Of a stretch of DNA of 64,000 nt, positions 47,900 to 58,912 are shown piece by piece. Under the pieces are notes generated by a model that was not told the origin of the DNA, did no database searches, and worked only from the letters and a program-made list of their open reading frames with translations. Within the stretch, counting starts at the first letter, position 1. Every line of letters starts with the position of its first letter. The DNA is taken from the NCBI GenBank assembly GCA_020444275.1, contig JAHLLG010000006.1:12316-76315 (forward strand), written 5' to 3'. Position numbers and translations under genes: made by a program. The DNA comes from Bacteroidota bacterium (GTDB lineage Bacteria; Bacteroidota; Bacteroidia; Bacteroidales; UBA12077).

Positions 47900-49702
47900 A
47901 TGCTTACAAAACAAAAAGAAAAATTTAAACCTATATTAGCGGTACTTCCGAAAAGTCCGGGAGTATACCAGTTTTATAATGCCAACAATGAAATAATTTA
48001 TGTTGGCAAAGCGAAAAATTTAAAGAACCGGGTTTCTTCATATTTCACAAAAGATCACTACGAGAACAATAAGGTAAAAGTGTTGGTTGGTAAAATAGAC
48101 CGCATAGAATATATTGTGGTTAAAAGTGAAACTGATGCGCTTCTGCTCGAAAATAATTTGATAAAAAAATATCATCCACGATATAATGTCATGTTAAAGG
48201 ATGATAAAACGTATCCGTGGATCTGCATTAAGAACGAACATTTTCCACGCGTTTTTTATACTCGAAATGTGATCAACGACGGGTCAACCTATTTTGGTCC
48301 GTATACTTCGGTTCATATGGTAAAGGTATTACTCGATCTGGTAAGACAATTATATCCTTTACGCAATTGCAATTTGAATTTATCTCCCGAAAATATCCAA
48401 AAGAAAAAATATAAACCGTGTTTAGAATACCATATTGGAAATTGTTTGGCTCCATGCATTGAATTGCAATCCGAAGAAAACTATAACGAGTCTATAACGC
48501 ACATCAAAAAAATTCTGAAAGGAAATATTCAGGAAGTCATTCGATATTTAAACCAGCTTATGGCGAAATATGCCGAAGATTTTAAGTTTGAAGAGGCCCA
48601 ACTAGTGAAAGATAAGATTGAGATACTGGAAAAGTATAAGAGTAAATCAACGGTAGTAAGTGCAAGTCTAAATAATGTTGATGTGTTTAATATCCTGGAT
48701 GATAATAATTTTGCTTATGTTAACTTTTTAAAAGTTGTAGAAGGAAGAATTGTTCAGGCTCATACTCTGGAACTAAAGAAAAAGCTGAATGAAAGCATTG
48801 ACGATTTGCTAGTACTTTCTATCATAGAAATAAGAGAGCGCTTGCAAAGTACTGCTAAAGAGTTAATTTTACCCTTACCAGTAGATTTAGAGGGAGTTAA
48901 AATCCATGTGCCTACTCGAGGTGAAAAAAAGTCCCTACTGGAACTTTCCGAACGAAACTTAAAATATTATCGCCTGGAGAAGCAAAAAAGAGCCGAAAAG
49001 AAAAAGGAAAAGCATTCCAGCAAACGTTTATTGGAAATTATAAAAAAGGATTTAAACTTACCAGAGTTGCCCGTGCATATTGAGTGTTTTGACAATTCAA
49101 ATATTCAGGGTACAAATCCTGTAGCAGCATGCGTTGTGTTTAAAAACGGAAAACCCAGCACCAAAGATTATCGGCATTATAATATTAAAACGGTTGAAGG
49201 ACCAGATGATTTTGCATCCATGGAAGAAGTTGTCTACAGAAGATATAAACGCCTGGTTGATGAGAAGAAAAGTTTGCCACAGTTAGTGGTTATTGATGGT
49301 GGAAAGGGACAGTTAAATTCTGCTGTAAAGAGTCTTAAAAAGTTAAACCTAAAAGATAATATTTCGGTCATTGGAATCGCTAAACGTTTGGAAGAAATTT
49401 TTTATCCTGGTGATCCGGTACCGTTGTATTTAGATAAAAATTCAGAGTCGTTAAAAGTTATTCAGCACATTCGTAACGAAGCGCATCGGTTTGGAATAAA
49501 ATTCCATAGAAATAAAAGAAGCGGTAATTTCATAAAAAGTGAACTGGAGAATATTCCCGGAATCGGACCTAAAACTATTCAAACATTACTTTCTAAATTT
49601 AAAACCATAAAAACCATAAGGAAACTTTCTTTGGATGAAATTTCCAGTGAGATTGGCAGCACAAAAGCTAAATTACTTTTTGAATATTTTAATGCTTTGT
49701 AA
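47900..49702 (+). CDS. uvrC: Excinuclease ABC subunit C
   Basis: GIY-YIG (GVYQFYNANNEIIYVGKAKNLKNRV), UVR domain, RNase H-like endonuclease domain, and C-terminal HhH. Confidence 0.95.
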   Translation: MLTKQKEKFKPILAVLPKSPGVYQFYNANNEIIYVGKAKNLKNRVSSYFTKDHYENNKVKVLVGKIDRIEYIVVKSETDALLLENNLIKKYHPRYNVMLKDDKTYPWICIKNEHFPRVFYTRNVINDGSTYFGPYTSVHMVKVLLDLVRQLYPLRNCNLNLSPENIQKKKYKPCLEYHIGNCLAPCIELQSEENYNESITHIKKILKGNIQEVIRYLNQLMAKYAEDFKFEEAQLVKDKIEILEKYKSKSTVVSASLNNVDVFNILDDNNFAYVNFLKVVEGRIVQAHTLELKKKLNESIDDLLVLSIIEIRERLQSTAKELILPLPVDLEGVKIHVPTRGEKKSLLELSERNLKYYRLEKQKRAEKKKEKHSSKRLLEIIKKDLNLPELPVHIECFDNSNIQGTNPVAACVVFKNGKPSTKDYRHYNIKTVEGPDDFASMEEVVYRRYKRLVDEKKSLPQLVVIDGGKGQLNSAVKSLKKLNLKDNISVIGIAKRLEEIFYPGDPVPLYLDKNSESLKVIQHIRNEAHRFGIKFHRNKRSGNFIKSELENIPGIGPKTIQTLLSKFKTIKTIRKLSLDEISSEIGSTKAKLLFEYFNAL

Positions 49703-49951
49703 TACAGCGCATTAATGTGTTTTTGACATTGTATTAAAGCTATAGATAGTATTGTAAAGTAAAACATTAGATAAATTATTATAATAAACTGTATTACAAA
49801 TAGTAAAATCATATAAAATGCATTTATATCTTCGCGAGAGTTTCATATTTGGAATAGCGTAATACCATGGTGTTGTTTACTAATTCTGTAACGTATTTTT
49901 AATCATAAAACTTTTCGGGAATAAAACAGATCTTGTTTTTATTAAAACTAC

Positions 49952-49959
49952 TATCTTTG
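49952..49959 (+). promoter_or_regulatory. -7 promoter box (TATCTTTG)
   Basis: 23 nt upstream of the ATG at 49983. Confidence 0.4.
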
Positions 49960-49982
49960 CAGCGAATAAAATCGAGCCTGTT

Positions 49983-51140
49983 ATGCATAATTGGAATACT
50001 ACTATTGATTATTTATCTGCAATAAGGAATTATAATTTTCAGCAGGACACGATTCAAAATATATCCGATTCGCTCGTTATTCAAAAAAGTGATTCAACCG
50101 AAAAGGACACTGTTCAAAAAAAGTTGAATAATGTAAATGCAATTCAACAAATCGATTTTTCTGCTATTGATTCAATTTTTAAAAGAAACGAAGAACGTGA
50201 AAAGCAGATTAAGGAGCAGAAAGAACAGCAAGTCGCCATTAAAAAATGGTATCGGCGTGAAGTAGATACTACCGAAATTCTTTATAAAGAATTTGGAATT
50301 GCCGGATTTCCTATAAAGGAAAAAATAAAGGAAGATCAATTTGCACAAAATTTTCTGTATAATATTTCAGTTGTTAAGCCGGAAGAAAAACCAGTTAAAG
50401 ATGTTGTATTTCTTGAAGATACACATCAACAGCAGGTTGAGTCTACGAAAAGTGATATTAGAAAGGAAATTACGCCAAAATATATACCCGAACGATTACA
50501 ATTTGATTGGATAACTATTCTCTTAATTGGTTCCTTTCTATTATTAGGATGGATAAGATTATTTAGTAAAAAATATTTAGGATCACTTGTAAAATCGGTA
50601 ATCAGTTATAAAGAATCGAATACCTTGTATCGGGAAAAAAACTCGTTAGTAGAACGTGCCTCCTTTATGGTTAATCTACTGTTTCTGAGTAATGTTTCTG
50701 TTTTTGTCATACAAATAAAGCATTTGTGGAATATCGAAATTGAAGGAATAAGCGATTGGATATTTTATTTTGTGGTACTGGGTTCGTTACTTGCACTCTA
50801 TATTTTCAGAGGAGTTTCAACGACATTTATCGGATATGTTTTTTTAAAGCAAAGAGTCTTTTCTGAATTCTTCCATAACATGAATATTTTTACAAAAATT
50901 ACCGGACTGTTTTTGTTCCCAATTGTTGTGGCATTGCAGTTTTTACCTTATGATTCTTTAAGTGTAATGGTTTATAGCGGATTTTCCATTATTGTCGTGT
51001 TATATGTTTTAATGATCATTCGATCGTTCCAAATAATTATTCGTAAGAATGTTTCTATATTTTATATGATTTTGTATCTTTGTGCTTTCGAATTTGCGCC
51101 CTTTTTGATTATTTACAAAATATTGTTATCACATTCATAG
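49983..51140 (+). CDS. DUF4271-like multi-pass membrane protein
   Basis: Soluble N-terminal half and about six C-terminal TM helices. Its position directly upstream of hemD is the usual Bacteroidota arrangement for DUF4271 (recalled, not searched). Confidence 0.5.
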   Translation: MHNWNTTIDYLSAIRNYNFQQDTIQNISDSLVIQKSDSTEKDTVQKKLNNVNAIQQIDFSAIDSIFKRNEEREKQIKEQKEQQVAIKKWYRREVDTTEILYKEFGIAGFPIKEKIKEDQFAQNFLYNISVVKPEEKPVKDVVFLEDTHQQQVESTKSDIRKEITPKYIPERLQFDWITILLIGSFLLLGWIRLFSKKYLGSLVKSVISYKESNTLYREKNSLVERASFMVNLLFLSNVSVFVIQIKHLWNIEIEGISDWIFYFVVLGSLLALYIFRGVSTTFIGYVFLKQRVFSEFFHNMNIFTKITGLFLFPIVVALQFLPYDSLSVMVYSGFSIIVVLYVLMIIRSFQIIIRKNVSIFYMILYLCAFEFAPFLIIYKILLSHS

Positions 51141-51184
51141 TGAAGAGTTTATAGGTTTTGAAGGAAAAATCCAAAAAAGAGTAC

Positions 51185-51937
51185 ATGAAAATTAAAACGA
51201 TTTTAGTATCACAACCGGAACCCAAAAATGACAAATCTCCTTATTCAGAACTGGCTGAAAAGAATAATCTGAAAATTGATTTCAGACCATTTATTCAAGT
51301 AGAGGGAATACCTGTAAAAGAGTTTAGGCAAACCAGAATTGATATTTTAGCTCATACAGGAGTTATTTTTACGAGTAGGACTGCAGTGGATAATTATTTT
51401 AGACTCGCCGAGGAGTTGAGATTAGCAATACCAGATACCATGAAATATTTCTGTATTTCCGAAGCCACTGCTTTTTATTTACAGAAGTATATCGTATACA
51501 GAAAGCGTAAAATTTTTTACGGAAACGGTACATTTACGAATCTTATGGAAAGTATTAAAAAACATAAGGATGAAAAATTTTTGGTACCGTTATCAGATAC
51601 CCATAAGGAAGAAATTCCTAAAAAATTAGAGCAAGCTAAAATTAAATATACAAAAGCGATCATGTATAGAACAGTTAGTGCTGATCTTTCCGATTTGGCT
51701 GATGTGAATTATGACATGCTTGTATTTTATAGTCCGTCCGGTATCAAATCATTATTTGAAAATTTCCCTGAGTTTAAACAAAATAATACACAAATAGCTA
51801 CTTTTGGTCCTAAAACTGCTAAAGCAGTTAAAGATGCAGGATTAAAAGTAAATGTAAAGGCGCCAACAAAAGAGGCCCCATCTATGACAATGGCTATAGA
51901 TCAGTTTGTAAACGCAAATAGTAAAGCAAAAAAGTAG
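51185..51937 (+). CDS. hemD: Uroporphyrinogen-III synthase
   Basis: KTILVSQPEP start, FTS..AV, and the duplicated flavodoxin-like halves of the HEM4 family. The ORF opens at a TTG at 51158. Confidence 0.75.
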   Translation: MKIKTILVSQPEPKNDKSPYSELAEKNNLKIDFRPFIQVEGIPVKEFRQTRIDILAHTGVIFTSRTAVDNYFRLAEELRLAIPDTMKYFCISEATAFYLQKYIVYRKRKIFYGNGTFTNLMESIKKHKDEKFLVPLSDTHKEEIPKKLEQAKIKYTKAIMYRTVSADLSDLADVNYDMLVFYSPSGIKSLFENFPEFKQNNTQIATFGPKTAKAVKDAGLKVNVKAPTKEAPSMTMAIDQFVNANSKAKK

Positions 51938-51959
51938 TTTCTGAGAAAGATAATTTATG

Positions 51960-51990
51960 CGGGGATTGCTTAAGCTTTCCCCGTTTTTTT
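51960..51990 (+). terminator. Rho-independent terminator
   Basis: Stem cgggga / tccccg with a 12-nt loop, then T7. Confidence 0.7.
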
Positions 51991-52033
51991 ATCTTTCGCA
52001 AAAAATTCTGAGGAGAATAGATTAAATTTGAAT

Positions 52034-52444
52034 ATGCAAAATTGGAGATATACATTTTGTAAGGACGAGAGGTTAAAAAGTCGTAAAGTTATTCAAGAAC
52101 TATTCGAAAAGGGTAAAATCGTGCATCATTATCCTTTTAAGGTATTATATATCTACAAACCAAAAAACGAATCAAAATTTCCGGCTCAGTTTGCGATTAG
52201 TGTTTCAAAGAAGAACTTTAAGCATGCGGTGGATAGAAATCGTATTAAACGAAAAGCACGCGAAGCATATCGAAAAAACAAACATACGTTATATTCAGCA
52301 ATTGAAATGAGTGATCAAATGCTCTGTTTATTTGTTATATATACTGCGAAAGATGAAGTGGAATACACTGTTTTTGAGACCGAAATGAAAAATATGATCA
52401 GAAAAATAAAGCAGAAATATTTAAACGATTCAAAGAATTCATAA
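52034..52444 (+). CDS. rnpA: Ribonuclease P protein component
   Basis: Basic ~136-aa protein with ERLKSRKVIQELF and AVDRNRIKRKAREAYR. The ORF opens at a TTG at 52028. Confidence 0.8.
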   Translation: MQNWRYTFCKDERLKSRKVIQELFEKGKIVHHYPFKVLYIYKPKNESKFPAQFAISVSKKNFKHAVDRNRIKRKAREAYRKNKHTLYSAIEMSDQMLCLFVIYTAKDEVEYTVFETEMKNMIRKIKQKYLNDSKNS

Positions 52445-52560
52445 TCAAACAGAACGTTAAAAAAGGTTAATTATAATAAAAGAATTACACTATCATTTAA
52501 TAATCGTTAATTTTATGAACTTTGGTAAGATAATTGAGTTGTAAAGAAAAAATTTAGGAT

Positions 52561-54333
52561 ATGAAATCAACGATAAAAACAAAAAAAGTCATTCAGTATT
52601 CAATCACAGGATTATTGGTGATTGTGCTATTGTGGGGTTTTAAAAAAGGTGATGATTTTAAAATAGCCAAAAGTCTGGATATTTATTACTCCCTTTTTCG
52701 CGATGTAAACATGTATTATGTAGATGAAACCAATCCGGAAGATATGGTTGAAAACAGTATTCATGCTATGTTGAATAAGTTGGATCCGTACACGGTTTAT
52801 ATTCCTGAAAAAGATAAGGATGAATTTACTTTTATGACAACGGGGCAATATGGCGGAATAGGTGCTTTAATACGAAATAATGGCGAATATCCCATTGTAG
52901 CGCAACCTTACCAGGGATTTCCGGCTGATAAAGCGGGCTTAAAGGCTGGCGACCGTATTTTGGAAATTGATGGAAAACCAACCAATGAATACGAACTGGA
53001 TGAGGTAAGTGAGCATCTGAAAGGTATTCCCGAAACGACTGTTAAATTGCTTATTGAACGTCCGTATAGCGAGGAAAAATTTGAAAAGGAGATTGTTCGG
53101 GAAGAGATTCAGATAAAGAGTGTACCATATTATGGTGTGGTAAAAGATGGAATAGGATATATCCGGGTTTCAAAATTTACACCGGATGTTTCCAAAGAGG
53201 TGAAAAAAGCTTTTCGTGAGCTGCAAACAGAGTATCAAATTAACTCATTGGTTCTTGATCTAAGAGGAAATCCAGGAGGTTTATTAATTGAAGCTCCGCG
53301 AATTTGTAATCTATTCGTGAACAAAGGAGAGGAAATTGTAAGCACCAAAGGGAAAATGCAAAAGTGGAATCAGACATTAAAAACAACTGATTCGCCAATT
53401 GATACTGAAATTCCGTTAGTGGTTATGGTAAACAGAGGTTCTGCTTCGGCCTCGGAAATTGTTGCTGGTGCTTTACAGGATCTGGACAGAGCTGTGATAA
53501 TTGGTCAGCGAACTTTTGGAAAGGGATTGGTTCAAACAACTGTTCCGTTAAACTATAATGCACAGGTAAAAATTACAACAGCCAAGTATTATATCCCAAG
53601 CGGCAGATGCGTTCAGGCATTAGATTATACCAACAGAAACGAGGATGGAAGTGTTGGACATGTTCCCGATTCGCTTATCACGGAGTTTAAAACCCGCAAC
53701 GGAAGAACTGTTTTCGATGGCGGTGGAATTATGCCCGATGTAAAAGTGGAATCAGAAGATGTTAGTCCTTTATCGATTAGTTTAATAACACAGAATGTAA
53801 TCTTCGATTATGCTACAAAATTTGCCTACGAAAATCCTGAAATAGAAAGCGTGGAAGAGTTTAATATTACCGATGAAATCTACAATGATTTTGTTCAATT
53901 TGCATTAAACGACAGCTTTACGTATGAAACCAGGAGCGAAATGGAATTAAAAGAATTGGAAAAAATTGTGAAGCGAGAGAAATATTACGACAGAGCGAAA
54001 GAAGAACTTGAAAACCTGAGAAATAAACTGATTAATGATAAAGAAACCGATTTACAGGCATTTAGGGAAGAGGTAACAGAATTTTTACGCGATGAAATTG
54101 TGGGTAGATACTATTACCAGGAAGGTCAGATTAGAACAAACCTAAAAGATGATACCCAACTGCATAAGGCACTGGACGTTTTAAAGAACAAAGAACAATA
54201 TGACTCGATTCTTTCGCCGGATTTCGTAAATGACCGACAACTGGGAATGAAAATTTCAATGCTCGATAAACGAGTAATAAAAGATAAAACTTCTGCTGTT
54301 AATGGTTATTTTTATGAATCAGCCATGAGGTAA
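52561..54333 (+). CDS. S41 family C-terminal processing peptidase
   Basis: PDZ (PADKAGLKAGDRILEIDG), LDLRGNPGG, and catalytic SASASEIVAGALQD...TFGKGLVQ. Confidence 0.9.
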   Translation: MKSTIKTKKVIQYSITGLLVIVLLWGFKKGDDFKIAKSLDIYYSLFRDVNMYYVDETNPEDMVENSIHAMLNKLDPYTVYIPEKDKDEFTFMTTGQYGGIGALIRNNGEYPIVAQPYQGFPADKAGLKAGDRILEIDGKPTNEYELDEVSEHLKGIPETTVKLLIERPYSEEKFEKEIVREEIQIKSVPYYGVVKDGIGYIRVSKFTPDVSKEVKKAFRELQTEYQINSLVLDLRGNPGGLLIEAPRICNLFVNKGEEIVSTKGKMQKWNQTLKTTDSPIDTEIPLVVMVNRGSASASEIVAGALQDLDRAVIIGQRTFGKGLVQTTVPLNYNAQVKITTAKYYIPSGRCVQALDYTNRNEDGSVGHVPDSLITEFKTRNGRTVFDGGGIMPDVKVESEDVSPLSISLITQNVIFDYATKFAYENPEIESVEEFNITDEIYNDFVQFALNDSFTYETRSEMELKELEKIVKREKYYDRAKEELENLRNKLINDKETDLQAFREEVTEFLRDEIVGRYYYQEGQIRTNLKDDTQLHKALDVLKNKEQYDSILSPDFVNDRQLGMKISMLDKRVIKDKTSAVNGYFYESAMR

Positions 54334-54351
54334 ACGAAAAAAAAGAATATG

Positions 54352-54387
54352 AAAAAGCTATTGGCCTCAAGCCTTTAGCTTTTTTTA
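54352..54387. terminator. Bidirectional terminator hairpin
   Basis: Stem aaaaagcta (54352-54360) / tagcttttt (54376-54384), between convergent genes. Confidence 0.6.
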
Positions 54388-54484
54388 TTACATATATCGT
54401 CCTTCTTTTCTGAGTGAAAAATGCTATAAGTATCAAAAGGAGAGAAAAACTACAACTTCCGCTCTTATGCTTTCAAAGCAGAAT

Positions 54485-55831
54485 TTATATCAAATTCTTT
54501 CTTCTAAATGTCATATATAATATGATAACAGAAACAATAGCTGCAACAAAATCTGACGTTGGAAAAGCAATCCAAACACCATCCAGACCCAGTCCTCTAA
54601 TATTAGGAAGAATTAGAATCAATGGTGTAATTAGTAAGACCCAGCGCTGTATAGCCAATACAAAAGCCTGCTTAGCTTGGCCCATTGCCTGGTGAATTCC
54701 CATGGCCATGGTAGTAACACCCATGAGCCACATCATCATTACTACAATGCGCAAAGCACGTGGGCCCTGCTCCAGTAGAGCCGATTCATTGGTAAAAAGA
54801 GTAAAAACTTCACGTGCAAAAACCTCAAAGAAAATAACTGCTAATGAACCATAAAGTAACGAATATTTTATTACCAGCCGAACAGTATGTTTAACTCGTT
54901 CATAATTATCTGCTCCGTAGTTGTATCCAACAATAGGCTGCATGCCTTGATTCAAACCAAAAAGAGGCATTCCAAAGAAAAGCGTTGTTTTATAAATAAT
55001 TCCAAAGATAGCTATGGCTGTTTCTCCTCCTAATGCACCCAAGGTATGATTAAGCACAATATTTGCAAAACTGCTGGATGAACGCATGCCGAAACCCGAT
55101 AAACCTACGGAAAGAGAAGGTTTTAAGATGTGTTTTTGGAGCTTAAGGTATCTTAGTCTTATAGTGATAATACTCTTGGCACCGGCAAAATATCGAATGA
55201 GATAAAGCAAAGTTGCAAATTTGCCCAAAATGGTTGCCAGAGCAGCTCCACGTATCCCCATATCCAATGGAAAAATAAAGATATAGTCCAATATTGTATT
55301 TATAATAATACCTAGCAGCATAGCGAACATGGCTTCGCGTGCAAATCCCTCAGCACGCAAATAGTTGTTGGTACCTACACAAAAAGGGAACCATAACATG
55401 CCGACAAAAATAATTTGGCCATAATCATGAGCATAAGGTAAAATGTTTTTTGTGGCACCGAAGGCTTGCATAATAGGATCAGTAAATAAAATTCCTATGC
55501 TACTGAAAAAAACACCAACAAGAATAATCAGTAAAAAACCGTTTCCGGCAATGGCATTTACTTCTTGAACATCTCCTTTTCCTAATTTGCGGGATATTAG
55601 AGTAGATGTTCCAATACCTATCATGTGAGCAAAAGAAGATATTATTGCCATAATGGGTAAAACAATAGCCACTGCAGCAATCCCAATAGAACCAATTCCT
55701 CGACCTACAAATATGGTATCAATAATATTGTAAATGGCATTGGCAAACATGGCTACCATAGATGGAAGAGACAGGCTAAAAAGGAGTCTGCTGATTTTTT
55801 TGCTTCCCAGTTTGGTGTAGTTATCTACCAT
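54485..55831 (-). CDS. MATE-family efflux transporter
   Basis: 448 aa and 12 TM helices. N-terminal LLFSLSLPSMVAMFANAIYNIIDTIFVG pattern. Confidence 0.88.
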   Translation of the reverse strand: MVDNYTKLGSKKISRLLFSLSLPSMVAMFANAIYNIIDTIFVGRGIGSIGIAAVAIVLPIMAIISSFAHMIGIGTSTLISRKLGKGDVQEVNAIAGNGFLLIILVGVFFSSIGILFTDPIMQAFGATKNILPYAHDYGQIIFVGMLWFPFCVGTNNYLRAEGFAREAMFAMLLGIIINTILDYIFIFPLDMGIRGAALATILGKFATLLYLIRYFAGAKSIITIRLRYLKLQKHILKPSLSVGLSGFGMRSSSSFANIVLNHTLGALGGETAIAIFGIIYKTTLFFGMPLFGLNQGMQPIVGYNYGADNYERVKHTVRLVIKYSLLYGSLAVIFFEVFAREVFTLFTNESALLEQGPRALRIVVMMMWLMGVTTMAMGIHQAMGQAKQAFVLAIQRWVLLITPLILILPNIRGLGLDGVWIAFPTSDFVAAIVSVIILYMTFRRKNLI

Positions 55832-56007
55832 TCCTTATGCTTTTCAGTACAGTATAAGTATAAAACAAAAACCTGCGTTTTTAGAATAAAGAAAACGATT
55901 TTTGGTTTATTTTAAAGAATTATTCTCAGCATGCCAATAATAAATGGGAAAAACAAGAAACCACTTCTTTATATCGCAGGTTTTTAGTTAAATCTAATTT
56001 GTCTTTT

Positions 56008-58776
56008 TTAATGCGCTTCCAGCCAGTTTTCTCCGGTGCCAATTTCTACGGTTAATGGTATGCTTAATTTTACAGCATTTTCCATCTTATTCTTGACAAT
56101 AGATTTTACTTCTTCCAGTTCGGGTTTGTATACATCAAAAATCAATTCATCATGCACTTGAAGTAACATTTTTGTTTTGAGCTTTCTTTTGTTAATCTCA
56201 TTAAAAACATCAATCATAGCCAATTTTATGATATCGGCTGCAGATCCCTGAATCGGAGCATTGATTGCATTGCGTTCGGCAAACCCTCTAACAACGCCAT
56301 TTCTCGAGTTTATATCTTTTAAAAATCGTTTTCTTCCCAGCATGGTTTCCACATAACCTTTATCCCGAGCTGTGGCAATACTTTTATCCATGTACTCTTT
56401 TACTTTTGGAAACCCATTAAAATACTCGTCTATGAGCTGTTTTGCTTCCGTTCGTGGAACATTTAACCGTTGAGACAGACCAAAGGCAGAAATGCCGTAA
56501 ATAATGCCAAAATTGGCCGTTTTAGCCTTTCTTCGTTGGTCGCTGGTAACGTCGTCAATGTTTTCCACGTGGAAAATCTTAGCTGCCGTAGAGGTATGAA
56601 TATCGACATTATCTTTAAAAGCTTGTATCATGTTCGTGTCCTGACTCATATGCGCCATAAGCCTCAATTCAATTTGAGAATAATCGGCAGCCAATAAAAT
56701 ATGATCCTTGTCCGAAGGTATAAAAGCTTTTCTGATTTCACGACCCCGTTCTTCGCGAATAGGAATATTTTGCAAGTTAGGGTTTTGTGAACTCAACCGA
56801 CCTGTTGCAGCAACGGCCTGATTGTATGAAGTATGAATTTTACCAGTTTTTTCATTAATCAATTTTGGCAATGCTTCCACATAAGTTGAAAGTAGTTTTT
56901 TTAGCGAACGAAACTCCAGGATATCACTAATAATTGGATGTTTGTCAGAAAGTTTCTGCAAGGTTTCTTCACTTGTAGAATATTGCTTCGATTTTGTCTT
57001 TTTAGCATTTGGATCAAGTTTCATATGTTCGAAAAGCACTTCGCCCAATTGTTTCGGAGAGGAAATGTTAAATTGAACGCCGGCTTGCTCTAAAATTTTT
57101 TCTTCTATGTTAATTAATTCTTTATTAAGCTTTTTAGCAAAATCATTTAAAGCATTAATATCAAGTTTTATTCCGGATTTTTCCATGTCGGCTAAAACCG
57201 GAATCAAAGGCATTTCAATGGTTATAGCTAAGGTATCTAAATAAGTCTTTTCTAGTTCAGGTTCAAAAATCTCTTTCAGCTGAAATGTTAAATCGGCATC
57301 TTCGCAGGCATAATCTTTTATTTTTTCGGCAGAAACATTACGCATGGAGTCCTGTTTTGCTCCTTTTTTCCCGATGAGCTCTTCAATGCTAATTGGCTTA
57401 TAACCCAGATATTGCTCAGATAAGTAGTTTAAATTATGTCGCAAATCGGGTTGCAATAGATAGTGTGCAATCATGGTGTCAAAAATTTCACCGTGCACAT
57501 CAACATCATATTGCTTTAAAATAGAAATATCATATTTAATATTCTGTCCGATTTTACGGATTTTCGGATTTTCCAAAACACGTTTAAATTCTACAAACAG
57601 TACCTTCGCATCAGTGTAATCTTGTGGGAAAGGAATATAAAATGCCTGATGTGCTTTAAATGAAATGGCTAATCCAACAATTTCAGAAGTATGCGGATTA
57701 AGACCGGTTGTTTCTGTATCGAAACAGAACTCTTCTTGTTCCTGTAACTTTTCAAGTAAAGATTTTCTCTTTTCTGCCGTATCGACTAACTGATAATCAT
57801 GTTCAACATTGTTAATGTCATGAAATTCTGATTCTTTGTGTTCAATTTCTGTGTCGCCAAAGAGCGAACCTTGCATAACTCCGGTTGCCGGTGTGGAAAT
57901 AATTTCTTTTTGGAATAATCTTCGGGCAATTGTTTTAAATTCGAGTTCTTCAAATAACCGGGTAAGTTTTTCTTCATCAGGATCATCAAGCGTCAAACTT
58001 CTGGGATCTATCTTTATTGGCACATCCAATTTAATGGTTACCAATTCTTTTGAAAGTAAAACCTGTTCTTTATTTTCTTCCAGCTTCTCTTTTTGCTTAC
58101 CTTTAATTTCTTCAATATGTTCATATAAATTTTCAATGCTCTCGTACTGACCAACCAGTTTCATGGCTGTTTTTTCGCCAATTCCCGGTGCACCGGGAAC
58201 ATTATCTGAACTGTCGCCCATCAATCCCAGGATATCAATGACCTGTAAGGGATCATTAATTTTATATTTCTCGCAAATCTTCTGTTTGTCAATTACCTCC
58301 ATATCGTTACCACCACGTGCAGGTTTCAGCATGTAAATGTTGTCCGAAACCAGTTGTCCGTAATCTTTATCCGGTGTCATCATATACGTTGTAAAACCTT
58401 CTTGTTCTGCTTGCTTGGCCAAAGTTCCAATCACATCATCGGCTTCGTATCGTTCCACTTCAATAACCGGAATATTAAAACCTTCAATCATTTGTTTAAT
58501 ATAAGGAATAGCCAGTTTAATATCTTCGGGTGTAGCCTCTCTATTCGCTTTATATTCTTTGTACATTTCATGACGGAATGTTGGATAGGGCGGGTCGAAA
58601 ACCACAGCAATGTGTGTAGGGTTTTCTTTCGCGATCAGATCAATTAAAGTATTAGCAAATCCATAAATGGCCGAAGTATTTTGCCCTTTTGAATTATAAC
58701 GTGGATTCTTAATAAATGCATAATATGAACGATAAATTAACGCATAAGCATCTAACAGATAAAGATTTTTAGACAT
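56008..58776 (-). CDS. polA: DNA polymerase I
   Basis: 5' nuclease (LLDAYALIYRSYYA), 3'-5' exo (FDTETTGL), and polymerase motifs (DYSQIELR, RRKAKTANFGIIYG, QVHDEL). Confidence 0.97.
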   Translation of the reverse strand: MSKNLYLLDAYALIYRSYYAFIKNPRYNSKGQNTSAIYGFANTLIDLIAKENPTHIAVVFDPPYPTFRHEMYKEYKANREATPEDIKLAIPYIKQMIEGFNIPVIEVERYEADDVIGTLAKQAEQEGFTTYMMTPDKDYGQLVSDNIYMLKPARGGNDMEVIDKQKICEKYKINDPLQVIDILGLMGDSSDNVPGAPGIGEKTAMKLVGQYESIENLYEHIEEIKGKQKEKLEENKEQVLLSKELVTIKLDVPIKIDPRSLTLDDPDEEKLTRLFEELEFKTIARRLFQKEIISTPATGVMQGSLFGDTEIEHKESEFHDINNVEHDYQLVDTAEKRKSLLEKLQEQEEFCFDTETTGLNPHTSEIVGLAISFKAHQAFYIPFPQDYTDAKVLFVEFKRVLENPKIRKIGQNIKYDISILKQYDVDVHGEIFDTMIAHYLLQPDLRHNLNYLSEQYLGYKPISIEELIGKKGAKQDSMRNVSAEKIKDYACEDADLTFQLKEIFEPELEKTYLDTLAITIEMPLIPVLADMEKSGIKLDINALNDFAKKLNKELINIEEKILEQAGVQFNISSPKQLGEVLFEHMKLDPNAKKTKSKQYSTSEETLQKLSDKHPIISDILEFRSLKKLLSTYVEALPKLINEKTGKIHTSYNQAVAATGRLSSQNPNLQNIPIREERGREIRKAFIPSDKDHILLAADYSQIELRLMAHMSQDTNMIQAFKDNVDIHTSTAAKIFHVENIDDVTSDQRRKAKTANFGIIYGISAFGLSQRLNVPRTEAKQLIDEYFNGFPKVKEYMDKSIATARDKGYVETMLGRKRFLKDINSRNGVVRGFAERNAINAPIQGSAADIIKLAMIDVFNEINKRKLKTKMLLQVHDELIFDVYKPELEEVKSIVKNKMENAVKLSIPLTVEIGTGENWLEAH

Positions 58777-58912
58777 AAGCTAAAGTTTAAATTGAAGAAA
58801 AACTTCTAAAATAATTATAGTAATTTCTGAAGGTCTAAATTAAGTAAAAACAAAATAACATACTATAAAACTTAAATGGATTGTTATTTGGGAATTATTT
58901 ACTTACCCTTAC

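Noticed and set aside
49579-49812. ORF 49579..49812 (-), 77 aa
   Set aside because: It overlaps the uvrC 3' end antisense, and the remainder lies in AT-rich spacer. The hydrophobic, low-complexity peptide is typical of AT-rich shadow ORFs.
54414-54695. ORF 54414..54695 (+), 93 aa
   Set aside because: It is antisense to the 3' end of the MATE transporter gene and spans the terminator. It has no supporting motifs.
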